NCBI GenBank assembly: GCA_030390025.1
Contig: JASTWF010000033.1
Span: 1,118,001 to 1,182,000, forward strand
Length of the DNA: 64,000 nucleotides
Direction of reading: 5' to 3'
Origin: Squalus acanthias
Taxonomy: Eukaryota
Shown here: positions 11,130 to 23,834 of the stretch, piece after piece
How the letters are laid out: each line of letters starts with the position of its first letter
Numbering within the stretch: the stretch's first letter is position 1
Position numbers and translations under genes: made by a program
Notes under the pieces: model-generated
The model's database searches: none
What the model was told of the DNA's origin: nothing
What the model saw: only the letters and a program-made list of their open reading frames with translations

Positions 11130-13612
11130 CTGTTAACTTACAGGGAGGTTCGGTCGAGCCCCACATTGGGGTGATTGCCTGGTATCCTGGCAGCAGTCAT
11201 GATGCCTTCCTCCTGCACCAGTCTGGTGTACCAGCAATCTTCCAGCCACCATGTCAAACCAAAGGGTGGCTGCTCGGAGACAAGGGCTTTCCGCTATGCA
11301 CCTGGCTGATGACACCTCACCAATACCCCACCACTCGGGGCCTGCACTCATATAATGAGAGCCATGCTGCCACGAGGTACCTCATCGCGCAGACAATCGT
11401 GGTGTTAAAGCAACGGTCCCTCAGCCTTCACCGCTCATGAGGAGCTCTCCAGTAAACACTGGAGTCCCATTTGGTGGTGATCTGCTGCATGCGCCACAAC
11501 TTGGCCATCTTGAGGGCGAAGTGATTGCCACCACGGGTTCTGGGACCACCTCAGGAGGAGGAGGAAGTGGAGGAAGAGGAGGAGTCGGAAGAGCAGGAGA
11601 CGGAATAGGTAGAACTGGAAGAGCAGGAGAATGAAGAAGAGGAGGATGGAGAAGGTAGGAGGCAGGCAGTCGATCCTTGTTCTGGACAGGCTGTCCGTGA
11701 GCGCCTCATCAGATTCCAGTTCCAGTGAATGAAACTCCACATGCCTGTTGCTCACCAGTTCCCCATCTTACCATCCCTCTGTCACAGAACATCACAGCGT
11801 CCTCCTGGTCACAAAGCTGAAATGAGAGCCACCACAAAACAAACATTCCAAACATAATTTATAAAGTTGTCAAATCACAATCAGAATAACAAAGTCAACT
11901 CTAATCACCCTTGTGCTTTCCCTCAGTGTCTGTCCTTCTTTCGTGTTGCTTCTCCTACTCTCGTGCTCCTACGAAGTCTCCCCCAGTGGCTACAGAATGG
12001 CTGATGGAAGGCTGCTGACTTTCAATGGGGAGACTGCAGATGGCCTTGCAGGAAGACCTCGAGCAGCTCTGGGCCTAGAATGCCCGGCTGTAGACCGCAC
12101 CACCTCGGCATGGACGGCAGCAGCCTGAGTTGGCTGGATGACAGGCAACAGCAAGGGCACTGTAAGAGTTGCAGTGGTGGGAGTATGAATGCTGTCATCC
12201 TGAGAGAGGACTGCAGGTTCTTGCTCTGTGGAGCCACTGCCACTTCCCAGGGTGGCGCCTCTGCAATTCTAGCCTTCTATTTGGTGAAAGATTGCCGGAG
12301 TGCTGTGAGACCCCGCACTTCATACTCGTAAATCCAGCCACGATGGCAGCAATGTGCGCTTCCACTGAAGTACTGAGACATTGGGTCGCTCCGCCTGTGC
12401 TGCAATGGAAGCTGTGACATCACCCATCACACACAGCATCATGGCTGGGTCTACTAGGTCTCTCATGAAGTTGCCCATCATTTCCATCCTGGAAATCACG
12501 GGCTCCAAGCTCCGTGCAAATTCCTGTGCAATGTTGGAGCTGGACATCTCCATGCTCCATGGCACTGACAAGAGGCCCTCTGGCAGGCTTGTCATTGCAC
12601 CTAGCATTTCAGTGTGCATACCCATCACCCTTCTTCTGACTGCCGTTTTATTGAGGTACTGATCTGATTCCTGTGCATCAGAACTCGTGCATGAACTCAC
12701 CCACTGGGGAGCTGACACCCATCTATCTTTTCCCCCTGACCTGGCTGCAGCCCACTGATGTCCAGTAACTCACCACCTGCAGAGCCTGCCTCTTTACTAC
12801 ACTCTAAAATCCTCGCAGTGCCATTTTCTGAGCTGGTGCCTGTGAATATCAGATGCATTGACGGTGCTCCTGCTCTGCTCTCCTCCAAAGATTCGGGGAC
12901 AGGTTGGCGTAGTTGGAATTCGTGCGTATCTGAAAGGAGAAAGGCACAAGGGTCGAGTTGTGGTGAGGGAAGGGGGATAGCAAGATATCCATGCCTACAC
13001 CATCAGTGTGTTGCATTGAGCAATGTGTGAGGCTTGTGGTACAGATGGTGCGATATGGCATTTGATGATGCATTCACCCACCTTGACCACTCGTCTGAGG
13101 TCATTAAACTTTTTGCGGGATTGCATCCAGGTCTTGGGGCTAACACTTGTCGCACTGTTGGCTTCAGCGATCACCTCCCGCGGCCTTCTGTTGTCCTTCC
13201 TTGAAAGCCTCTTGCCACTCTTAGATAGACGGCCTGACAGCGTCTTTGAAACTCGAGGACCAAGGCCTCCATTGCTGCATCTGAAAATCACCTCGTCCTT
13301 TCTCTTAGCTGTTGGAACATGGTTTTCTCCACAATGACAATGAGGTGCTTCTGCAACAAGCCACTTCCTCTTTAATAGTGCAGCGAACCTAGGCCAAACT
13401 TTATTGTCCAGTAGACTGCACTGGATATTGTCCCCCCTGTTCAGCACTAAGTCAATCAGCAGCGGATTTAGCGCTGAGATCAGCATTGCAATCATTACAA
13501 TAAGCAGGCAGCACGAATTGTGTGTGCTGCCTGCAACACTTAGAAAGGACTGGGGCAGATCGAGCTTTGCGCTGCCTGTGCCTGTTTTCAGGACTTGTAC
13601 AATTTCTAGAGC
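11130..13612. mobile_element. degenerate PIF/Harbinger transposon (transposase C-terminal relic on +, Myb/SANT relic on -)
   Basis: + strand YPGSSHDAF, WLLGDKGFPL, YNESHAATR, CCMRHNLA and acidic tail; - strand KTWMQSRKKFNDLRRVVK; convergent two-gene layout; ends approximate. Confidence 0.85.
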
Positions 13613-13870
13613 TATATTCCAGATCAGAACAAATTGCCGCATTACAACAATGCTCCTGATATCACTCCTGGATTCTTTCTTGCAAATTATCCTAAATCTG
13701 TGTCCTTTGGTTATCGACCCTCCTGCCAGTGGAAACAGTTTCTCCCTATATACTCTATCAAACACTTCATGATTTTGATCGCCTCATTTAAATCTCCATT
13801 TAACCCTCTCTGCTCTAAGAAGAACAATCCCAGATACTCCAGTCTCTCCACATAACTGAAGTCTCCGGTA
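13613..13870 (-). mobile_element. CR1 LINE 3' fragment
   Basis: FDRVYREKLFPLAGGSITKGHRFRI, the CR1 ORF2 C-terminus. Confidence 0.75.
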
Positions 13871-14853
13871 ACAATTTAGGGATTAGCTCTTTGTCTGATG
13901 GGGATCCCTGGAAATGTGATTTATTTGCACTCTGCAACTGGAAGTGAGAAAATAAGTGTAAGAACTCCTGACAGTGAGTTCTTTGCAGGGGTTCTGTGGA
14001 ATAGTTAGTATTTGCGAATGGGTTCCCAGGAATTGTGCCATAACTCCAGTAAGTTCCATGCAATTGTAAATGTTTATTCAGGTACCAATGATTACATCAC
14101 CATCTACAGGGTTGGGGCTCTTGGGATCATGTTTTACCGGTTCCTGGAGGTGTATCAATATTAGTGGGGAGTCCTCAGGAATGTTTCAATGTTTAGAGCA
14201 GGTACATGGCCATATCTGACTATGTGCAGCGTCAATGGTTGTGTATTTCTCGGAAAGATTCACGGGTCATGTGCACACATTCTTTGGGGTCGCCAGGAGT
14301 GCGTCTGCATTTTAAGGGCTATGGAAATAGGACAATGTTTGCCATGGATCTTCAGAAATGAGCAAAGGATATTCCCGGGGGCTCAACCAGATGGTTTGCT
14401 TTCACTGACTGAGGTTAAAGTCCACACTGAGAATTGGATAGAAATTCCCTGAAATTACAGAACCTCATTATCACAGAGATCATCAGAAACCTGTAACTAA
14501 ACCTGTTCTCGCTTCACCCAATGCGGTCATACTGACGATTCCACATAGTCTGATTAACCCTGAGCTTTGGGGAGATTCACTTTACATCTGTGCAATATCG
14601 GGCTAAATATAGTTTATGATATTGCAGCACGTTGTGTAAAAGAGATTAACTGAATCTGTTTGTTCAGTCACTGTAAATAATGTCAGTCTCCTTGCGCCCT
14701 AATTATGTCAGTGGAGATTTCTCTCGCCTTACATAAGTGCCTTCGCTCAGTGTGTTAACCCAGAGTGTCTCTCGGAGCTTGGTCTGCAGAACAACCCGGG
14801 ATCAGCGTTCAGCAGAAGTTGGAAAAACGGATCGGAGTCCTCCATGAGAAAAT

Positions 14854-14923
14854 ATGGCATTGCGTGCAATTCTATGTGTACAGCAGATTTATTATCCCAC
14901 CCTCGCTGTTTTTGGTGTCCCTG
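14854..14923 (+). pseudogene. GPR139/GPR142-like GPCR pseudogene, exon 1
   Basis: MALRAILCVQQIYYPTLAVFGVP (TM1 start) followed by phase-1 donor G|GTAAGT at 14924; start codon uncertain. Confidence 0.85.
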
Positions 14924-15829
14924 GTAAGTCTCTATCTCCAGGTATTAATCCTGTAACCATTTTAATTGTATTCTTGCCTGTAACTGTCAAATCCCAGTTG
15001 TTGTCGGTGTTCCTTGTAAGTGACCATATTACTATTTCATGCTGGAAAGGATATTTAACTGTAAACACTGTGTTCATTGTGCAAATCTGCATATCCAAAA
15101 ATTCATTGTATTCAGTTTATTCCTCTTGCTTTGTGTCTGAAAGTAAATTGTTCCCCGACAGTGTCACTGGGTGATTTATTGAATGAATATCTTACAATCT
15201 GCAGTCCGGTCTGAGTCTGGGAGTAGATTTTACACTTTACCCTCTGGGCGTTTAACAGCGATTGAGGAGGCCGGTGGAACAAGAAGTGGGCGAGAAGGAT
15301 TTACAACACCAGCCACAGTCGTTCCATTGATTTTAAAGGAAGGTGAATCTGGCGGGTTCTATTATTGGTGAAGGGTCTGTTCCCCGCCCCGATTATCTGT
15401 GTGTGCTCCGGACAGGCGGTGATTGATTGTTAAACAGTAAAGATCGAATCAAATCCAATCAGGAATATGTTCATGGCTTCAAGGATATTTTTTATATCTG
15501 TTGGGTAAAATTAATGATACAGAGTTGCAATTGGCGATAAATCATTCCAACTGATTTTAATTCCAATTGATTGTAAATGGAGTAATGTGCATTGCAGATT
15601 CCTTTATCATTTTATCGTTTTGTATTCCCTCTATCAATTTGAAACCTATTCAGTTCTCACTCACATGTGGACAGCGCCAGATTAGCATTGTTTCACTTCC
15701 ATTCAGATTATTTCTCAAACACAAGGTGGCAGATCGAATCGTTAGTTACATCATCAGCCCCTTTATAGCGGCTGCCCATCCGAATAGCTTTGAAATACGA
15801 ATGGAAATTCTCCCATTACAAAATCATTA

Positions 15830-16148
<319 letters not shown>

Positions 16149-16211
16149 AAAACAACAGAAAACACTGGAAAAACTCAGCAGGCCAGGCAGCATCCGTGGA
16201 GAGAGAAAGAG

Positions 16212-16248
16212 AGTTAACGTTTCAGGTCGATGACCTTTCGTCAGAACT
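16212..16248 (-). ncRNA. minimal type I hammerhead ribozyme motif in pLTR
   Basis: AGTT-CTGACGA-A-AGGTC-ATC-GACCT-GAAA-CG-TT-AACT: intact core, 5-bp stem II, palindromic ACGT stem III. Confidence 0.8.
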
Positions 16249-16523
16249 GTGAAGAGCCGGAAATCAAATAGATTTAAGGCCAGAGTAAAGCTGGGAAAAG
16301 GGGGAGGGGATAAAAGAACAAAGGGGGAGATGAAGAGACATTAAGAGACATTAAGAGATATGCAAGGCTAGAGGTGGTGTTAATGTGACAGATTAAGGCT
16401 GAAAGAAGTGTGAAATCCACTGGCAGAATGAAGGACAGCTGCCAGCTTCTAGGAGGAAAAAAAAGGTGGGGGGGCAAATAAAAGGGTGGAAAAAATAAAA
16501 TATAAATGTGATTGGAGCTGAGG

Positions 16524-17470
16524 TTATGATCTAAAATTGTTGAACTCGATATTGAGTCCAGAGGGCTGTAGCGTGCCTAAACGAAAGATGAGGTGCTGTT
16601 GCTCGAGCTTACGCTGCGCTTCCGTGGAACAGTGTAATAGGCCGAGGACGGTGAGGTCAGAGTGGGAGTGAAGCGGTGAATTAAAGTGACAGGCCACCGG
16701 GAGCTCGGGGTCCCCCTTACGGACTGAACGGAGGTGTTCCGCAAAGCGGTCACCCAATCTGCGTTTGGTCTCCCCAATGTAGAGGAGACCACATCGTGAG
16801 CAGCGAATACAGTATACTAAATTGCAGGAAGTACAAGTAAATCGCTGTTTCACCTGGAAGGGGTGTTTGGGGCCCTGGACAGTGGGAAGAGGGGAGGTGT
16901 AAGGGCATGTGTTGCATCTCCTGCGCGTGCACGGGAAGGTGCCGGGCGAAGGGGAAGGGGTGCTGGGGCTGGTAGAGGAGTGGACTAGGGTATCGCGGAG
17001 GGAGCGGTCCCTGCGGAATGCTGAAAGGGGAGGTGAGGGGAAGATGTGTTTGGTGGTGGGATCACGCTGGAGGTGGCGGAAATGGCGGAGGATGATCCGT
17101 TGAATGTGGAGGCTGGTGGGGTGAAAGGTGAGGACAAGGGGAACCCTATCGTGGTTCCGGGAGGGAGGGGCAGGGGTGAGGGCAGAAGTGCGGGAGATAG
17201 AACGGACACGGTCGAGGGCCGTGTCGACCACGGTAGAGGGGAATCCTCGGTTGAGGAAAAAGGAAGACATGTCGGAAGCACTGGTATGGAAGGTGGCATC
17301 ATCAGAGCAGATGCGGCGGAGACGGAGAAACTGGGAGAATGGAATAGAGTCCTTACAGGAGGCGGGGTGGGAGGAAGTGTAGTCCAGGTAGCTGTGGGAG
17401 TCAGTGGGCTTGTAGTGAATGTTAGTCAATAACCTATCCCCAGAGATGGAGATGGAGAAGTCGAGGAAGG
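16524..17470 (-). CDS. Penelope RT C-terminus + GIY-YIG endonuclease (5'-truncated, frame open)
   Basis: LPFLD..HYKPTDSH..IPFSQFLRLRRICS; C..RC.TCP; NLVYCIRCSRCGLLYIGETKRRLGDRFAEH; GLN. Confidence 0.9.
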
Positions 17471-17670
17471 GAAGCTGGCAGCTGTCCTTCATTCTGCCAG
17501 TGGATTTCACACTTCTTTCAGCCTTATTCTGTCACATTAACACCACCTCTAGCCTTGCATATCTCTTAATGTCTCTTAATGTCTCTTCATCTCCCCTTTG
17601 TTCTTTTATCCCCTCCCCCTTTTCCCAGCTTTACTCTGGCCTTAAATCTATTTGATTTCCGGCTCTTCAC

Positions 17671-17707
17671 AGTTCTGACGAAAGGTCATCGACCTGAAAC
17701 GTTAACT
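17671..17707 (+). ncRNA. minimal type I hammerhead ribozyme motif in inverted pLTR
   Basis: agttctgacgaaaggtcatcgacctgaaacgttaact, identical to the minus-strand copy. Confidence 0.8.
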
Positions 17708-17805
17708 CTCTTTCTCTCTCCACGGATGCTGCCTGGCCTGCTGAGTTTTTCCAGTGTTTTCTGTTGTTTTTTCAGATTTCCAGCATCCGCAGTATTTTGC
17801 TATCC

Positions 17806-17950
<145 letters not shown>

Positions 17951-19030
17951 GTACATTTTGTATTGGTAATAGTTTAAGATCGGTTATGTAACACTGGCCT
18001 CCCATTATACACCTCTCACGAATTTCCTTTACATTGATTTTAATGGATAGTAAATCCGAGTGGGGTTTTAGAAACATTGACCAATTCGATATTGTCTCGT
18101 TTACTTCTTTGCTGAAAGTTAAAAGTTGCGCCAGTAATCAATGATTGAAATCGGGCAGTGTGTAAAAGCCTCAGCAAATCCGCTATTGACCATTTTTATC
18201 CGGGAGCAAAAGACAATATTCCGTTATTATTGCCAATACTGATTTTGTAAGTTTATCTCTCTTCCTCTCCAGAAGGTATTGTGTCCTTGATGAGTTTTCA
18301 CAAGACAGCTATCTCATGTGCCACACATGATTACAGATGATTCTCCTTTGGTCCATGTTTCCACTGCCGTTTCACACCCCAGATGTTTCCTGCCCAGAAG
18401 GAGACGATTCAGCCTTCTCTCAGTCTCAGCTGTTTGCTGCAGTATTTCAAAAACGAATTCCCAGACTCCGTCTCTCCTCATGACCCGGTGTCTTCCTCTG
18501 CTCCTTGTACTGTTCTCCTCTTTAGTTAGAAGTATATCCTCTAAGAGTGATTTACGCTGTCTCGAGTTCCGACCCATCTCACGGCTGATGTTAATTTTGA
18601 AATATGTCATTGATGATTTTAATTCACTCTTGTTCTCTGCCTCTGTATCTAATTTCAGCTATCATTTGATGCTAACCCGCCCGGCGGGAACCAGGCGAGT
18701 TCGGGCCGGACACCCGTTTTACAGCCCGCCCGATTTCGCTCTGCATTGACTTCAATGTTGCGGACCATTGGACCTTGAGTAAAATAGGTGTCCGACTTGA
18801 AACCGCCCCATTCCCGCTGGTCGGGTTAGTTTAACCTCTTGGTTTATACAGGCCCTTGCTACGTTTCGGTACTAGGGACCACTCTGAAATTACCGTTCAT
18901 TTAGTTTGAGGCGAGGCAGCAGCTGTAAAATATCATTCTGCCACGGCACATAACGTGGCTGGACAATCCTTTTACTCGTCAAACATTCAAACAGACACTT
19001 TCCAGCAGAAGTCATTACACCGTGTACAGA

Positions 19031-19381
19031 AGCAGGACCAAGGCGTATACCCCACCATATCACAGGGTCACTGATCAGGAGCAGGACCAAGGCGTATACC
19101 CCACCATATCCCAGGGTCACTGATCAGGAGCAGGACCAAGGCGTATACACCACCATATCTCAGGGTCACTGATCAGGAGCAGGACCAAGGCGTATACCCC
19201 ACCGTATCACAGGGTCACTGATCAGGAGCAGGACCAAGGCGTATACCCCACCATATCCCAGGGTCACTGATCAGGAGCAGGACCAAGGCGCATACCCCAC
19301 CATATCCCAGGGTCACTGATCAGGAGCAGGACCAAGGCGTATACCCCACCATATCCCAGACTCACTGATCAGGAGCAGGAC
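19031..19381. repeat. 49-bp minisatellite, about 7 copies
   Basis: Unit agcaggaccaaggcgtataccccaccatatcccagggtcactgatcagg recurring at 19031, 19080, 19129 and onward. Confidence 0.95.
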
Positions 19382-19384
19382 TCA

Positions 19385-20035
19385 TGTGAACAATGGTCAA
19401 CAGAAGAGGTGAGAGATAACATAAATCTAATGGAAAGAACATACAAAAGTGAAAATAATAGTGTAGATCGAGGGGGCTGCCAGAGATAGAAAGAACAGCA
19501 AAGGAAGACAACACAGATAATAAGAGCTGGAAAGAGGGAATACGAAAAGAAAATTGCGATGGATTTCAAGAGCAACACAAAAGGTTTTTACAATTATATA
19601 AGAGAAAAAGTAGTCGGGGTAACGTAAGCAAGAAAAAAGTATCAGCAAATATAATGGCACTGAAGACTGATAATCCCGAGAACCAGGTGGTTTCCACCCC
19701 AAGGTTATAAAGAAATTAGTGAGGAAATTGCAGATGGTTTAGCCGTAATCTTCCGAAGCTCTCTCGAGTCATGAATTGTCCCAATAGGTTGTAAAATTAC
19801 AAATGCAATTGTTATTTAGGAAAGGTGAGAGAGAGATACCAGGAAATTAATGACCAGATAGTCTAACATCTGTTTTGGGAAGTGATTCAGCTAAACGGAG
19901 CATTTGTTGGGTATTAAGTTATACAGACACGAGGCAGATGAATGGAGTTTGGATACAGATAGCCCAGATCTCATTAAATGGCGGAACAGGCTCGATGGGC
20001 TGAATGGCACACTCCTGCTCCTAAGTTCATATGTG
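19385..20035 (+). mobile_element. fragmentary CR1 LINE
   Basis: Degenerate HPRV.KE and NYRPVSLTS-like segments plus CR1 tail gaacaggctcgatgggctgaatggc. Confidence 0.7.
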
Positions 20036-20325
20036 ACATCCCAAAAATACCCAGGGTCTCTGAACAGCATCAGGAGTCAGCGGATTACATACTCAGCATA
20101 TCTCAGGGTCAGTGATCAGGAGCAGGACCAATGGGAGTTTCACCCTCAGCACATCTCAGAGTCACTGATCAGGAGCAGGGCCAAGGGGGTTACACCCTCA
20201 GCACATCCGAGAGTCACTGATCAGGAGCAGGGCCAAGGGGAGCTTCACCCTCAGCACATCCCAGAGTCACTGCTTAGGAGCTGGAACCAGGGGGATCAAC
20301 CCCACCATATCACAGGGTCATTGAT
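20036..20325. repeat. diverged ~50-bp continuation of the minisatellite
   Basis: gtcactgatcaggagcagg..caaggg..caccctcagcacatc units. Confidence 0.85.
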
Positions 20326-21649
20326 TCCAATTGTAACTGACTCGGCCCAGATTCGACCTTGGGACCTTCTGTCAGGAAAATCAGGTTTTGTTGGCACCAG
20401 TCAGTGTGTTTACTCTTTGTTCATTAGGGCAAACCACATTCTATTGTTGGACATTTCTGAATAAATATAACCGTGTTATTTTCATGTTTATTTGTCCAAT
20501 TTGATCAGACCTTGACTTCACAAATCATTACTGACAGTTGACTTGAAGTCTTAGCTCTAACATGAAGTTCTGTCATGATGGATTCCATCACGGGATGTAG
20601 TGAGCTCTCAGTAAATTGCATCCATTGATCCACGACACTGATATTTCAGCTCCCATCCTGATGTGTAATTTCCCTGGGTTTCCCCCCCACCCCCTTCCTT
20701 ACACTTAACTTAGTGACGATTGTGATCCTGTCTCGGGGAAAGTGTGGTCTCTCCAAATGTGTCACTCGGTACCTGGTGGCCATGGCAGCGGCGGATCTAC
20801 TGCTCGTTATCATCGATCTGATACTGAGGCACATTCCAATTCTATTTCATACAAAGTTTGCCTTCTGTCCGACATTCCCGTTTGTAACATTCACGCCGTC
20901 CTACTTTATGCAGCCACAGACTGTTCTGTCTGGTTCACCGTCTCTTTCACCTTTGATCGATTGGTGGCCATTTCTTGCCAGAAGCTAAAAAACAAATATT
21001 GCACCGAGAAATCGGCGGCGGTGGTTATTGGAACAATGACTATGTTGTTCTGTGTGAAGAACATTTTCTGGTACTTTATGGTTACAGGCAATTATATGCT
21101 AATGAGACTACCTTGGTTCTGCGCTATGACCTACAGTGTTATGTATTCACCAATATGGACAGCAATAGAATTTCTACAATGGGCCAGAAATTCATCTGGC
21201 TCCGTTCCCGCGGGGGTAAGGTGCAGGCGCGGTAATACATACCGCGTCTGCCGTTTCCTCTTTTTCACGTTGAAAATTCATCTTCTGGCTGATTGAGTGC
21301 AGGGCAGCGTATGACGTCACACTGCCCTGCAGCGCAGCGTGCGCGTTGCATCGCGTGCGATGTGGAGTGAAGACACGCCCATTAAGGTCTCTTTTCCATA
21401 GGCCACGCCCCCGATCTTTTTCTCCACTGCAGCCATTGTAAAGCAGCTGGAGACAGTTTTCTCACTGTTTCAGGTGGAATTTGCAGTAAGTAGGTTTTAA
21501 ATGCATGGTTTTGTAAACTTTTAAAGATTTTTAGTATAATTTGAGTAATGTTAAACATTTGCAAAGAGATTTAAAGTAATTTAAGTACTTTTAAAAGTTC
21601 AGAAATCATTTTTTTCAGAGATTTAACTGTTTATAATCAGCAAACGAAA

Positions 21650-23195
21650 ATGGCTGCTATCAGCACTATCCAATTTATAAAAAGAACACAGAATTTCAGT
21701 GATGATGATCTCCGTACACTTCTTGACGAGGTAGAATCGAAACGTTCACGGATAATTGGAACTCAGAAGTCCAAGCCGCCGCGAAAAGGCCAAATGGCAG
21801 CGTGGAAAGAGGTTGCTCAAAGTGTGAGCGCAACCTCGACCATTCCACGTACAGCCGAGCAATGTCGCAAAAAATTCAGCGATTTATATCGAACGCTGAA
21901 GGTTTGTATAGTTATAACAAAAAGTTAAAATGTCTTTACATTTAAAATGAAAAGCCTTGAAAAACTGTTTGTTTGCTAAGCTGAGTTAACTGAAGTCACA
22001 AGATGCTACCATAAATTTTTGTGGCTTTTGTAGCCAGGCAAGTCTCATAAAATGCTAATGTCATCTTGATTGAAATGCTTTGAGTTGCTTACTGAGTTAA
22101 CTGTGTGAGTGCCAATGCAGTTCTGGTGTAAAAACCCTTACATTTCAGATTTTCATTTTCAATTTTAGAGTAAAACTGCTCACAACGCCAGAGAACGTTC
22201 ACTGACAGGCGGTGGTGTTGTCATGTTAAGGGCTTTAACCGAACATGAGGAAAGGCTCGAGCATATCTTTGGATATCTTAGCGGATGTCCCTTTGGAAAT
22301 GAACGATTCGACAAAGGTGATGTGTGCTGAATAGCTTCTGTGATGTGGCACATCATGCTTTACCTTTGCTAATCTTTACTGTTTCCTTTACATAGGTTTA
22401 GAGCACACTTCTCAGTCACGGGATGAGCAGTGCGTTGAGTCTGCAGCCGAAGAGGTCATTAGTGAAGGGCATGTTGAGCCAGTGGGAGATGCGAGTGAGG
22501 TGTTGGTGGAGGAGCAGCAGGAGGAATTTTTTGCTGAATTAAACATGGAGGCTCTGGAATCTGGGTTGCAGGAGAGGTCCTCTCAATCTTCCTCTCCAAC
22601 TCCTGGCCCCTCTGGCTCTGTGCCAAACAGACAGCAGCTTGATACTACAGTGCCTGTGGGAGACACAGATATATATGCAGCAGAACAGGTGATGCATGGT
22701 GACATCCACCAACTTGTAGGCTTGACTCAATCGATCTCTTCTATTTCAGAGAAAGAAGTTGATTGTCTTACCTTGGTCAAGCAGGGATTGGGAAATCTGG
22801 GAATGGAGCTTAAGAATATAAATGAGTCTCTTGAAGGAATGTTGCAGAAACCCGATGTGGGAGTGCAGCTTAGTAAAATAAATGAGTCTCTTGAAGGAAT
22901 GTTGCAGAAACCCGATGTGGGAGTGCAGCTTAGTAAAATAAATGATTTTCTTGAAGGAATGTTGCAGAAACCCGATGTGGGAGTGCAGCTTAGTAAATTA
23001 AATGAGTCTCTTGAAGGACTGGTGGGAGTGCAGCTTAGTAAAATAAATGAGTCTCTTGAAGGACTCATGCGAATAATTTCTGCTGCAATTACTGTGACTC
23101 CATCAGAACCAACCTTACCTGCTCCCAGCGCAGAATCAGTGCAGGTCCAAGAGCCACCAACGATGATGCAATCAAGAAAGCGCAAGAGACGTTAG
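21650..23195 (+). CDS. Harbinger Myb/SANT-like DNA-binding protein, 3 exons (21650-21901, 22169-22316, 22396-23195), 399 aa
   Basis: NFSDDDLRTLLDEV..AWKEVA..RTAEQCRKKFSDL; exon 2 SKTAHNARERSLTGGG; GT-AG introns with compatible phases; C-terminal RKRKRR NLS-like motif. Confidence 0.88.
22808..23064 (+). repeat. 60-bp coding tandem repeat (20 aa INESLEGMLQKPDVGVQLSK)
   Basis: Three full units plus one unit with an in-frame 18-nt deletion and a partial unit. Confidence 0.95.
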
Positions 23196-23700
23196 GGTGT
23201 TGCATGTTCCACAATGCACATCCATTGACCCTCAGGAATAGTTTATTTGTGGTTAAATTTCTCAAGTGTTTACTTTTTAGTTTTATTTAAAACTTACATG
23301 TTTACATTTTTCTTTATTTATATATATATTTGACACTGAAACTGAAAGTTAGCTTTTCATTGAAAAAGTACAGCCTTTAGTCACTTTATAAAAATTCAAA
23401 TTGTTTATTTTCACAAAAAAATTGAACATTTAAACTTGTTTACATATAGGAAAGAGTTATTTCCCATCTTGAATGTCTTTACTGCATTAACGAAGCAAAA
23501 AAGTTACTGAGAACTGTTAACAAATTTTTGAAAAACCTATTTCTGTTTACGATTGTTTACAAAGTTCAAAAGTATCTAGTTAACATTGAAAAGTTATAAA
23601 CTATGTAAAGCAACAATGAACCTCAGAAGTCTGTAATGCTGCAATAAAAGAGCACTGTTTCACTTTAAATTGTGTCTGTACCTTTATTTGCCTTGCTGGT

Positions 23701-23822
23701 GGAGAGGGAGGGGGAGGGGGAGAGGGAGAGGGATGGGGAGAGGGAGGTGGAGGGGGAGGGGGAGAGGGGAGGGGGAGGGGGAGAGGGGAGGGGGAGGGGG
23801 AGAGGGGAGGGGGAGCGGGAGG
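23701..23822 (+). repeat. G-rich (GGGGA/GGGA)n low-complexity tract
   Basis: Almost pure purine tract with many G3-G5 runs just past the transposase stop. Confidence 0.9.
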
Positions 23823-23834
23823 TACAAGGCGACA

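Larger units (their letters stand above)
16149..17800 (-). mobile_element. Penelope-like element, 5'-truncated with inverted pLTR
   Basis: Open frame with RT C-terminus and GIY-YIG domain; ~300-bp near-perfect inverted repeat 16149-16449 / 17471-17770. Confidence 0.95.

Noticed and set aside
12995..13765. 256-aa minus-strand ORF
   Set aside because: Chimeric read-through of a CR1 fragment and the degenerate Harbinger Myb relic, not a gene
13880..14420. Loosely recurring gggttcc..ggaat motif upstream of GPCR exon 1
   Set aside because: No consistent period or identity; probably an old decayed tandem repeat
18314..18749. Opposing 98-aa and 143-aa ORFs in the GPCR intron
   Set aside because: No motif or splice structure I can support; a decayed exon cannot be excluded without a search
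19031..19381. Regular repeat array resembling CRISPR
   Set aside because: Head-to-tail units with no unique spacers, eukaryotic context, no cas genes
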